The notes beneath the pieces are model-generated. The model worked only from the letters and a program-made list of their open reading frames with translations. It ran no database searches and was not told the origin of the DNA. A DNA stretch of 47,151 bases from Phoronis australis (taxonomy: Eukaryota > Animalia > Phoronida), in contig NMRA01000180.1 in the NCBI GenBank assembly GCA_002633005.1, forward strand, positions 323,699 to 370,849, written 5' to 3'. Below, piece after piece: positions 12,102 through 23,057 of the stretch. Position 1 is the first letter of the stretch, and every line of letters begins with the position of its first letter. The translations under genes were made by a program, and so were the position numbers.

Positions 12102-12202
12102 CGCTTGAACTGGGTGCTTGACATCAACAAGTGGAAGGGATTCATTGTGTCTTGCAGCAGCAAATTCGTCCTGAGCATGAAGTGGTTGAGCAATTTCAGG
12201 TA
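12102..12202 (-). CDS. TNFR-like gene, exon 4 (cytoplasmic)
   Basis: Acceptor TTTACTTTCTAG (phase 1), donor GCG|GTAAGT (phase 0); VPEIAQPLHAQDEFAAARHNESLPLVDVKHPVQA. Confidence 0.75.
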
Positions 12203-12346
12203 CTAGAAAGTAAAAATCAAAAAATGATTTACTTCAACAGGGCACAATTCAACTTTACAAGACAGAAAAGAAGTGAAAGGTCAATTCTTTCCACGAAGTA
12301 AGAGAAAATTATTGCCATGCTAGACACTAAACTTGTGTGTGTCCTG

Positions 12347-12781
12347 TGCCCGGTTGCATGAAACAGTCCCAAACAGGGACTCAACTAAAGTTCTTAAATC
12401 TACTGCATATTTGCAGGCTTGTGAAAACACTGATTGTCCTATCTTATGCTGTTTGAGCATCATCATTATGCCAATTCTTAGCTTTGATACAAATCGAGAC
12501 TGAAATCTAAATTAATTCTTAATATAATTGAAAGTAAGTAGCGATCTTTTCATGCAATGCGCCCAATTTAAGGACTAAGTCCCTAACTGTTTTGATCGAA
12601 TTAAGGGCTCATTTTTTGTTATAATATTAGAAAATGTCATTACTCAAAGAAGAGCTCACAATAAAGATATAGTTGTAGAAAAAATATTACTTCTGTGCCT
12701 AGTAAAGAACAAAACAAATAAGAAAAAGATTTTGGGAACTTAGTTGAGTCCCTATTTGGGACTGTTTCATGCAATTGGGCA
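12347..12781. mobile_element. PIF/Harbinger-type MITE
   Basis: About 40-bp TIRs TGCCCGGTTGCATGAAACAGTCCCAAA.. / ..TTTGGGACTGTTTCATGCAATTGGGCA, CTG TSD. Confidence 0.85.
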
Positions 12782-12784
12782 CTG

Positions 12785-13833
12785 GGGCCCATGACCAGCA
12801 TCAGCCTAAGTTAAGCCCAATAAGCAACAACAGTCAGCAACCAAGTGAGCACTACTTGTAACTCCCTCACTTGAGACCAGTGCATTATGCCAGATAGTGC
12901 ATTATCACGGATAAGCTACAATGCTGTGGCAACAGGCTTCAGGGGTCTGTTTCATGAAAAGTGACTTAAAACTCAAGTCAGAAATTTGGTCATAGGCTCC
13001 ACACAACCAGTTTAGAAAAATAATTAAATCCCATTTTACTAAAAGTGCAAAGTCTCTGAGAATATACGGTAAACATAGCAGCTACCTACACAGATTAATT
13101 TCTGTAAATTATTACTAGATGTGATGCGCTTACGATTACTCGTCTAAACCTTTTTCCACCAATAGTGAAGGGGGAGCATAACACCAAATTTCTGTCTTCA
13201 GTCTTGAGTCATTCATTAAACAGACCCTTGGCCTGACATGTTTTCTCAAACTCAAACTCAATATCTTTCATTTTACCGCTGTCTTAACCCAAGAGACATT
13301 TTGTGCTTAAGTGCATAATGGCTCACAAAGATAAGTGCTGAATCCTACTCTGCACTTGATGACCCTCAATTTTAAGCCACAAAATTGAGTTCTAGCCCAC
13401 TCAAGATTTCAACTTCAAGCTTGAAATTACTTTAATTTAAAAGTCAGTTTCCTAAAAATTTTAGAATCGTCAGCTGTGAAGTTTGTAAATCACCAGGTAG
13501 TGAAAAGAAAAAAATTGTTTCCTTTACAACTGTAATGGTCAGAGACACAAATAAACCAAACTAACAGGCAGGCAATGGCTGGTTGGATGAAAAAATTTAG
13601 TATGGTCGAGAAAATAATCAGGTCTAAACCTTTCACACTGTGGTTATGTAATCATAATAATTTTATTCGACACGCTAATTGGATCTTTAAGACCATTCTA
13701 ACTTAAGTGAAGTCTTCATAAGAACTTATCTAAATCACCTTTCACATTGGGCCTAAAATTTTGGTGATCGCAAAATAATACTTGTCCACCAATCAAATTC
13801 CGTATTCCAAAAGGCCCTTAAGGTTATGGGGCC
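12785..13833. mobile_element. Probable Harbinger-type non-autonomous element
   Basis: Ends GGGCCCCATGACC / GGTTATGGGGCC in CTG-like contexts; carries the nested MITE 12943-13227. Confidence 0.5.
12943..13227. mobile_element. Nested Harbinger-type MITE
   Basis: TIRs GGGTCTGTTTCATGAA..CAGAAATTTGG / CCAAATTTCTG..TTCATTAAACAGACCC. Confidence 0.7.
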
Positions 13834-13933
13834 TGGCCTGTGTCTATTACATAAATGAACCATCACTACCCTGAGCCATGAGTTGGAATCTCAGTGAAGT
13901 TGAGTCATAAAATCCCCTGCCCAATTCTTTTAC

Positions 13934-14182
13934 CTTCTTCCTCTCTTTCGATTGTTCGCCGTAACCAAGACTTGTGAAGTTTAGCCAGCCATCCCTTCTT
14001 GAGAATGTATCTTAGTGGTGCAGCTACTAATACAGCAAGAACTAAAAGTACGAGGCATGCAACTAAAGCCGGTAACATGCCATTTTGTGCAGGTGAGTTA
14101 TCTGGCAGGATTGTGCTGGAGGTTGTGACCTTTTGAGATACCTCATGGACTGATGGTGGGGTCGAAAGAAGTGGCCAGAAGG
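13934..14182 (-). CDS. TNFR-like gene, exon 3 (Ser/Thr/Pro stalk, TM helix, basic juxtamembrane)
   Basis: Acceptor CTTTTTTCTTTCAG, phase 1/1; (P)FWPLLSTPPSVHEVSQKVTTSSTILPDNSPAQNG-MLPALVACLVLLVLAVLVAAPL-RYILKKGWLAKLHKSWLRRTIEREEE. Confidence 0.85.
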
Positions 14183-14349
14183 CTGAAAGAAAAAAGATAT
14201 ATGCTAACTTAATTTAAACAAAACCAACGCTGGGGAGTTGACATGTGCCCATGGTGCATTGAATTCGATATGTTTCTAAGGACCACTAGGAGGCACTACT
14301 CGAATCGTCCTGAAAATGGAATGCTGCCAACGCATTGGCATCATATACT

Positions 14350-14680
14350 TCTCAGTAAAGTTTTATTGAAATTTGTCAATCAACTTTCTTGGATATAATT
14401 CTGAAATACTCTTCCCTTTAACACACCTTGAAGAGCCCCTTTATGAGAACAAAATGGTGCCAGCACACGATTCATCATGTATTAGTAAAGCTTCATTGAA
14501 ATCCGTCAATCAATTCTCTAGATAACATCCAGGAGCATTCTTCCCCCTAACAACAATTGAAAAGCATTTTCTCGCCATACAGCAGCGGACAAATCCACCC
14601 CAAAAACGAAGAGTCCGGTGCATCCACATATGTCTGTGTCAAGTTTCACTGACATCTGTCAATCAGTTTTTCAGATATCT
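14350..14680. repeat. Three degenerate copies of an AAAGTTTCATTGAAATCCGTCAATCAA-type unit
   Basis: Copies near 14357, 14487 and 14641. Confidence 0.55.
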
Positions 14681-14876
14681 TCTTCCTTCGACTGTTCACC
14701 GAAAGCAAGACTTGTGAAGTTTAACCAGATAACCTTTCTTCTAGGCTACATAGGTAGGTATACTGCAGCAAAAACTAGAACTACAAGCAATAAAACTAAA
14801 GCTGGTGACATATCATATAGCACAGGTGAATTATCTGGCAGGTTTGTGCTGGGAATTGTAACCAGTTGTGATATTT
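14680..14876 (-). pseudogene. 3' part of a degenerate duplicate of the TM exon
   Basis: ISQLVTIPSTNLPDNSPVLYDMSPALVLLLVVLVFAAVYLPM*, homologous to exon 3; stop and frameshift. Confidence 0.85.
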
Positions 14877-17227
14877 CAGACCTGTGTACCACCAAAACTG
14901 CATTCGATTACTTTAGACACCAGATTTACAGATGTTTGAGTAAATCTGAAGACCATAGTGTAGTGACCCAACATCGAAAATTTAAACTTTTCAGCATGTT
15001 AGCCTATTAGGTTGTACTTTTCCTAGTTACTTAACTTTGAAACAGTGACACATGTACGGAGTGATTTGATTACCAATTGGAATAACAGTTAATTGCATGT
15101 GGTTATAAACTGATAAACAAATATCCCCATACTGCCTGTCAATAAACCCTGACTGTTGTCAATGCAGTCACCATATGGGCAAGACAACAACACGCTACAG
15201 AACTTTGCAATTTAAATTCGGCAGTCCCTTCCTAAAGACTATGCCATTCTTATGAATAATGTGGTTAAAACAGATGTTGCGTTCTTTCCGACGCTATTTT
15301 TTTCCCACCACGGAATATGCAGCATCTTGCGATTTGCCATTTTAAGAACAGTCAGTATTTAGTCAGATACAACTCAATTAAATGAAATAAACAATTCACC
15401 GACTGCAGAGGTCGCTGCTTATAGTTTAGGCCAGAGGCATGAAGAATAAAAATAGAAGAATCCTTGCAATTCGTCGATTATCTTGCTATAATGAGAATGA
15501 ATCTACCGTATTCGCCGTAATAACCACCCAGGATGCTTAGAAAAGTTCGTTTCAGGGGGGGGCCCTTATCATAACCCAAGGCCGTTGAAACCCGGTCTCC
15601 GAAACGGGTGAAATCAGAAGCTAAGTTTCATCATATTTACGCTCTGTCACATATCTGTAATCTATGAAAGACTTTCTACAAAACCATGGTGCATTGCTAT
15701 CAAACTTTGCTGCTAAATTACGATCATTTTACAGAAAATTGTGCTGAAATCCCAGGGCAAAAACTCGCCGAGTGCCTGTCTCGCAAATGTCGATATGGCG
15801 ACTTGAATGCTTGAATAAAAATACAGTTCGACTCAAGCAAATTACCTGAAATCCTCCATAAGTTTTCCAAGTAGCGTCCCTAAGATTTTTAAGTTCCCGT
15901 AGAGTCGGAGTCATGGCAGGTTTAAGTAAAAATCTGTGCTACATTGTGCCATCTACATGTATAATCGGCAACATGAGAAAAATGTCTGGACGAACACACA
16001 TGTTGTAGTCACGTTACGTTTGTTTTGAAGTTGTCTGCATTTTGAGTAAGCAAGCGCGCGCGTGTCGATCAACAGAGTTCATTTGCCAGAGCAGATAGGC
16101 CTACTGTCTTTTGGCCAGAGCCGCGCAATCTAACGAGCAAGATGTGCATTGTATCTAAAGAAATTTGCACAAGCAGTAGGCCTAAACCAGAGCATGTTTC
16201 ATTCAGCACTTGCCGGTCTCGTGCTAAAAACGTTCGACATTTGTGCCGGTAAGGCCATATTAGTCGCGTGTGGCTGGATGCGTACGTGACTATCTGACAG
16301 TTATTTTTTGGTGTAAGGGTGTGTAAGCATTTACTGTCAGTGGTCATTTTATCGAATATTTGGTTTAAAAACACCAATTGTTAATCAAACAATTCATCTT
16401 AAAAATAACGCAAACATTTTTTATAGTATTAGAAACTGTCGGAAATTAGTGCCAATATTCATTTCTTGCCGATGCTATGCTACCCGTTTCATGAATGGAT
16501 AGTTTCCGACTAATGGTCTTTGATGACAGGTTCATGTATGTAGTGCGCGCTTCCTGGCCACGTGCTTTTAATACTGGCCAAACTTTTTATTAGTCTTCGA
16601 TTCGCGGTTTTCATGTGTAGGCCTTCAAAGAAATTTGGATTCCTGTTGAAAGCGGGAAATATCTACAGAGCAATCCCGTAGACAAGAACACAACTTAATT
16701 CTGTTCTGATAGGCCAGACCATTGGTCCTCGCGAGATCAGCAGAACTTTTGTGTTCGTTTTGAGGCATGGTGGAAGTTTGAAGTGTATAGTCACGGCTAA
16801 ATACCGACATGGCGGCGAGGCTCGTGGTCTATAAGTTCTGCGCACAATGATTTTTTTCAGGACTGTCGGATATTATTGATAAATTGAAGATGTTACTGTA
16901 GAATTTTAGGACTGTAGATAAGGCATTTTTCGCACGTACACATTCATGGACTGGGCGCTTATTTTAGCAAAGTCTGAAAACGCGTGGGGGGTGCTTAGGC
17001 GGTTATTACGGTGAATACGGTATGCAAGTTTCCAACTACGAAGCTCAGAGAATATGTATTTTTTATTTCTAATTCAAAAATCTTCCATTACTATTGTAGC
17101 TTATACCTAAGTGAATAATAACTCTGTAAATAATTTGCTTCGAATTTGCGTATTTTGACTGGTCTTGCACACTGCAAGCCAAATTTTCTCATGAATCAGC
17201 ATTTTTTGCATACGCTACACAGGTCTG
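14877..17227. mobile_element. Non-autonomous hAT-like element with 6-bp TSD, inserted in the duplicated TM exon
   Basis: 12-bp TIRs CAGACCTGTGTA / TACACAGGTCTG, TSD ATATTT/ATATCT; removing the element plus one TSD restores gap-free alignment with intact exon 3. Confidence 0.85.
15506..17020. mobile_element. Tc1/mariner-superfamily non-autonomous element nested in the previous element
   Basis: 23-bp TIRs CCGTATTCGCCGTAATAACCACC / GGCGGTTATTACGGTGAATACGG, TA TSD. Confidence 0.85.
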
Positions 17228-17274
17228 ATATCTGACCGACTGGTGGTGGGGTCAAACAATAAGTGAAAAGAAGG
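17228..17274 (-). pseudogene. 5' part of the duplicated TM exon (intact acceptor, frameshift to stop at 17252-17254)
   Basis: TTTTTCTTTCAG|CCTTCTTTTCACTTATTGTTTGA, homologous to 14136-14182 with a net 2-nt insertion. Confidence 0.8.
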
Positions 17275-17803
17275 CTGAAAGAAAAACATAGGGTAAGCGC
17301 TTACTTAATTTAAATAAAGAAGAGTTTGGGCGCCATATTTTGCACAACAAAACCCTGGCAACTAACATTTTTTTCATTGCAACAATCACAATCACTGGCT
17401 GTCTTACAAGGTATTTATAAATAAATAAGTTTCACTGCGGCAGTGCACTTACAACAGGTTTGTGACACGTACATTATAAGCTGTATTACTCTGAGCAGAC
17501 ACCGGACGACCATATATGTGCAAAGCATATGAGGGAGCTTAAAATCAGTCGTGACTGAATTATCAGACACTTGTCAGTGAATAATCTGTCTGAGCAATCA
17601 GTTAAGACTGACTTAGAGCTAGGGTTATGATCTACTTGTGCTGCAGTGAAAATTCGCTGGACATACCTGTCTGGTCGAGGTTCGATTTGTGGTTCAGTGA
17701 GAGATTCAACTTGGCATTTACTAGTACATCATTTTATGAAACTGTATTCATGAAGGACAGTGCAAACACACAGCACTCGATTGCAAGGAACTCCATAACC
17801 TAC

Positions 17804-17930
17804 GTTTACACTTTGGCTCTGATTTGCAGATGACGATTCGTTTTCGAAGTGGACTTTCACATAGGTCCTTGCAGGGTCTACAAGTCCCTCTTGCTGAGTC
17901 GAAGTGCGCGTCTTTCCCACACTCATCCAC
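17804..17930 (-). CDS. TNFR-like gene, exon 2 (single cysteine-rich domain, BCMA/TACI/Grindelwald-like)
   Basis: Acceptor TGTTTTGTTACAG, donor C|GTAGGT; VDECGKDAHFDSARGTCRPCKDLCESPLRKRIVICKSEPKCK, spacing C-x12-C-x2-C-x3-C-x10-C-x5-C. Confidence 0.85.
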
Positions 17931-20686
17931 CTGTAACAAAACACAACATAAAGGTCTAGCAATTGTGGATGACATCAATTTATGAACGGTGAATCCACTA
18001 AAAAAATAAACAGTAGAAGGAAATAATTAAGTCAACTATACAGTGAAGGCAAGCAGCACTAACTAACTAGAGTATCCCATAGTTTCACCTCAAAACCAAG
18101 AAATGTTTTGATTTATCCTGTCAAATTGGATTTAAAATTTCTTTACTGTGTTATCATCTCAGATTCAGCTTTCATTTCAGTTCTAAAGTTTACCTACGGC
18201 AAAACTTACTCGCTTTTCAAATGCAAGTTGTTGGACCTTGACATAACTAAAAACTTGGACACATGTATAAATGTGGGATGCGTACATTCCATAGACACAA
18301 GAATTTAGCAAATATAGCTAGTGTGATCATATTCTTCGCTTGTAATGCATGCTGATATCTCGCAGAGTCACGCATAATCTTGCGTTTTCGCCAGTATCTT
18401 GGGTCTATGGAAAGCACGTTTGGTGTTTTAGGTGGTGAGATTTAACTTGAGCGTTGACAGGATGGCACGAGCCAAGAAGATCTTTCACTCAAAAGATTTG
18501 ATAAAATTACAGCATCCACTCAATGCACCTACAACTCTTAAAACATTGTTTAGTAACATTTGCACCAAAAAGAATATTGGATTGGATTGGATGCATGCTT
18601 TCAACTATGGTGAGCTCAAGTAACGAGTGCCGTTTTCCGCCATAGTAATTGTTAGCAAGTCGCAAGGTTTTCTGTGGTGTCACTGGACGACACCGGAGCC
18701 AACAACGTCCCATAATGCATCTGAAAAACGACAGCAGAAACAACAGAAATCCACCCCATTAAACGGGTGAAAAATGAATGCCTTATTGTCAAAAATAACT
18801 TTTGATTTACAGGTCACGTGAAACGGTTAAGCACCCGGATGGCAATGGCTTATTTAACAATGAGCGTAATAGATTCCTGGCGGACGGCGGAATATAAAAG
18901 ATCCGATGCTTTACGATATTCCCCAGAACTGATGTAGCCCAGAACTGATATTTTTGTGTTCCGATGTTTGCTCAGGTCAATGTTCACTAGGCCCAATGTT
19001 TTATGCCCGTGATCAGCTACTGCAACTTAACTGGTAGATGCGTAATTGTGGTAAGCGAACTTTTTATTCTTCTCTCCATACACCCCCCCCCCCAGACAAT
19101 TTTTCGCTCCCCAAACACAGAGAATCTTGTTGCAGCTGAAGCAGGCAATTAAAAAGAAAATTATTCCGGGTGGCTAGAAAGGGTACACTATGGGTGGTAA
19201 AATGGCCGGAAAGTTGCCCCTTCTTGATGGGGTTTGCCTCACAAAATCGTAAAATTATAACATTTCTTACTATTGCAGTCTTTCAATATCTTATTGCAGC
19301 AAACACTCAAGTTAACGACTATGCTCACGCATGCGCCTACTCCCTATCTTTGAAGTGTCATAATAAGCACTCACTGCTCTACTAAGCGTTCCCCCTCAAC
19401 TTTTGAGAATTTCCATTAAGCGCCAGCAGTTCATGCTAGCACCCATCATAGTGTACAACAAATGACCATGCATAGTTTGAAATTGACACGTAGCCAGATA
19501 CAGTGAGTCACTCTCATTTTACAAAACAAAAAATTCAGTTTTCAAAAAAGAACGGCTTTTCTCAATATGTAAAAATGAAACCCCAGTTTTGTGGTCTACG
19601 AAGGAAAGTTAACACTACCATGCTTGTTGTTTTGTCACTGACCTTTTTTCCCCGTACATGGAAGGAGTTGAAGAGTAAACTCAAATTACCTGATGGAAAC
19701 TGCACGGAGTCAGGAATTATTTCGAGGCTTCTCATTTCGTGGAAAACTACTTGTTGAGTACGTCAACAGCATAAGTTCCACATTTTTGTTATGAAATTTG
19801 CACTGAATTGTTCCCCCCGCATACGAATACGTCATTAGGCTAGGGCAACATTTCACGGATTGTTTTTCGACAGGATGATTTTCAAATGTCAAGTTAAGTT
19901 GTGAAGCTTGGACTACGAACACAAAAAGGAGTGAGTTCGCACTCAGAGTTAGTTTGAAACAACTTTGACAACAGTCATATAAGTCAGACCTAGCAAAATC
20001 GTAGATACTTTTACAATGAGTATTTTCTCCCTTTTCACATTGCAAACATAGCCACAGGTGTCGGTTAGAGAGCACTGATTTCAACTTTCACGTCGGCAAC
20101 TAGCCTTGCACTCTAGTGCATGGCGGTCATGAAGAACAATAACACTGCATCCAAATGCAAAAACTCAATTTTGCGACCTGAAATTTGTGAGCCTTCAACG
20201 CCCCAGGTATTGCAAGAGCATAATCTAAATATTTTCTTGATGATCTAAAAACTCAATTTTGGCATGTACAAATGGCGAGAAAATTATGCGACCAGGCATT
20301 TATGAATGCGAGCTGGATTTTGAAAACGTGACACGGAATTTTGACTAAGCCGCAAAATGCAGCCTGGCAATTTTCATGTCGAGCCCTGCTGTCAGGACAA
20401 TGGGAACAATGAGCGGTCAGAATATTGAGTAAATTGTCAAAACAATGGGCTGTCGAAAAAAATGTTGTGCTGGAATATTAGGTTTTCGGCCGGGAATTAT
20501 ATCGGGCTGTACCCACTCAAGGTATATGCTTTGAAGCCCGATTTCACAGGCGCAGGAAACCAGAACAACGTGTATTAGTACCCAGCAACAGGTTGTTGTA
20601 GGTAGTCCTGTGTCACTACGACTAACAACCGAAGTTTCTGTATTATTGCATGAAGAAAATATGAAAAATACACCAGAGTCCGAAAT

Positions 20687-20688
<2 letters not shown>

Positions 20689-20727
<39 letters not shown>

Positions 20728-20785
20728 CGGACTAGTGCACCTTCTGACTAGTGCATCTTCGGATTAGTGTACCTTCAGACTGAAC
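20689..20785. repeat. (TA)n microsatellite followed by about 16-bp tandem repeat (TTCGGACTAGTGCACC)
   Basis: Directly visible. Confidence 0.8.
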
Positions 20786-21401
20786 TGCCATGTAACAACC
20801 TAAGAAGGGACAAGATGCTACATTAGATGAATATTTCCTGCCTCGTGGTGAACTGCATGTGGGGTTACTTCAATAGAAGAAGTATGAAGGATATGCCACT
20901 CAGAAGGATTATACTTTTTCATGCCAGTTTCCCTACCAAAAATGCCTCTAGCAGTAAGTTTATCCACCAGCGCAATCCCAGGTGCCCACCAATGCAATTT
21001 TTATTGTACTATACTAAGAGTTGGGACCAACCTGGTTACTAGTTTTCACACAAACCAACTTCTCTCCTGTGAGCTGACCCAACAAGTTAGAGTTACCAGT
21101 GAATGCTACCCCCCGCCCGACGGCATGCAAGCCAGAGTGTGGGTGATCATGAGATCAATAATTACAAAAATTCCTTACACTGAACAATGATCATTGCCCA
21201 AATGAATATTCAATTCCAAGTAAACGCATACAGGATCTTGAGATTAAGCAGGCAACACGTAGCCCCTCGGCTGGCCGGTTAGGAAGCATTCCAAGTTCAC
21301 ACAAAGCAGTGCATCAACTAAAATATTTCTTACTTGCATCATATACTATAGAATCTGTTGTCTATATTCTATGCTTTCATTCATCAATGTCAATGACTTA
21401 C

Positions 21402-21518
21402 CGCCTTGCCATGTACCATGATAACTAGTACACTCATCAAGATCAGTGCAGCATCACATCTCACGCTTAATTTCAATGTCCAGCAACTAGGTTCAGATGA
21501 CTTAGTGAAGTTAGTCAT
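21402..21518 (-). CDS. TNFR-like gene, exon 1 (signal peptide)
   Basis: MTNFTKSSEPSCWTLKLSVRCDAALILMSVLVIMVHGKA; donor GCG|GTAAGT, phase 0 matches exon 2. Spliced CDS 117+127+249+101+114 = 708 nt = 235 aa plus stop. Confidence 0.8.
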
Positions 21519-21608
21519 CTCACTTATTTTTCACTTCCTGGGTTTTCGAAAACTGGTGATTTCAGCTAGCCTTGGTTCAAAGCAGCACAGCTACCTGAAA
21601 GCCTTCGC

Positions 21609-21623
21609 CGAATATTCCAGAAA
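21609..21623. promoter_or_regulatory. Heat-shock element (nGAAnnTTCnnGAAn)
   Basis: cGAAtaTTCcaGAAa, about 90 nt upstream of the ATG; conserved with 1157-1171. Confidence 0.5.
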
Positions 21624-21702
21624 AGATCCTCAAAGCAGTTGGAACTGGATAAAGCCAGTCAGGCATGGGCCGGTGGGACAGTATCATGTATGAGGCCTTT
21701 GA

Positions 21703-21712
21703 GGGGAATTCC
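21703..21712. promoter_or_regulatory. NF-kB (Rel) site
   Basis: GGGGAATTCC, identical to 1211-1220. Confidence 0.6.
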
Positions 21713-22685
21713 ATTACTGATGTGACGGGCGCGCCCTCCCTTGTGAATTATAGAGTTACAGTTTCGCGCCATTTTATTAATGACTCTTCTAATAGGGGTG
21801 TTTCATTATGTCACTCATGTCATGGACTCACCCTCACGTGCATTCGTTTAGTTATAAAAGCCGCGCACAAGCAGTTTTGGCGATGTATATCAATATGAGT
21901 GACGTCTTGTAAGTCTCCTCTCCTTTCTCATAACCACTGTTGTAATTTTCGACAACATCAATTAAGAATGTATTTTTAATCAATTCAAATCTCCTTTACT
22001 CCTGCTTTTTAAAAATAAAAACTTCAAAACGACTGAGCATCTATCCATCAGGTCGACACCTGCGGTCATCCCCTACACACATAAAACACAACTCTGCATA
22101 ACACCACTGCTACAGTGCTACACTGACTTGATCTTATTGCAGTCTAACCCGACAAACCTCTGAACCTGGTGGAAACTGACATAGCCTGTCTTGTCAGCTC
22201 TCCATTTTAGGACATATATCCGTCGTTGGTTAGGAGCAGGCGATCACATCTGTGGAAAGAAGAATTTAGACTTAGTGTTGGTTGGCAACTCCCCTAACAT
22301 CACCGACGGTACTATTTTTTACAACTTAACCTGGTTCCCGGGCTGACGTCACGGATTGCTTCCCAACCAACCTCGAGGGTCTGTGCAGGAGACTAGTTTA
22401 CAACTCTAATAGACCCTATTCACGCCGACAGGCGGCGCGTTCCAAAACGAGGCTCGCTATAGATCTGTGGCTTATCGGCTTATGTACTCCGCGTTGCTCG
22501 AATCAAACTAAGGACGTTGGAATTCGGAAGTGTTGGGTCCTTGCCATACGCCGCGACGAAGGAAAATATGTTCGTGTAAAATTTATAACTGTTTTCGAAT
22601 CATAATTTGTCGCATCTCGGACTGGATGCCGCCATAGCAACGAGGACCCCGGAGAATCTTCGGCCAACAGGCTGTTTTCATGACT

Positions 22686-22910
22686 NNNNNNNNNNNNNNN
22701 NNNNNNNNNNNNNNNNNNNNNNNNNNNNNNNNNNNNNNNNNNNNNNNNNNNNNNNNNNNNNNNNNNNNNNNNNNNNNNNNNNNNNNNNNNNNNNNNNNNN
22801 NNNNNNNNNNNNNNNNNNNNNNNNNNNNNNNNNNNNNNNNNNNNNNNNNNNNNNNNNNNNNNNNNNNNNNNNNNNNNNNNNNNNNNNNNNNNNNNNNNNN
22901 NNNNNNNNNN
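22686..22910. other. Assembly gap (225 N)
   Basis: Run of N. Confidence 1.
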
Positions 22911-23057
22911 TTGAGTTGGGGGGGGGGCAAGGCACTCAGAGTATTAGCCAGGATTTTGCCCGTCAGACATTCGCGCTCCTGAACTGCCAAATGGAATCTG
23001 GGAGAATTTTAGGGGGCTGGGGCATGGCCCCTTGGCTCCCCTCTAAATCCGCCACTG
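22911..23057 (+). mobile_element. hAT-like MITE (5-bp TSD family), left end lost in the gap
   Basis: Homologous to 32938-33094 and 43062-43238; ends ATCCGCCACTG. Confidence 0.8.

Noticed and set aside
14618-15010. 130-aa plus-strand ORF
   Set aside because: Antisense shadow of the degenerate TM exon and the transposon end.
18900-20515. Nested element with a hAT-like right end (GTCGAGCCCTG near 20388)
   Set aside because: No matching left TIR or TSD found.
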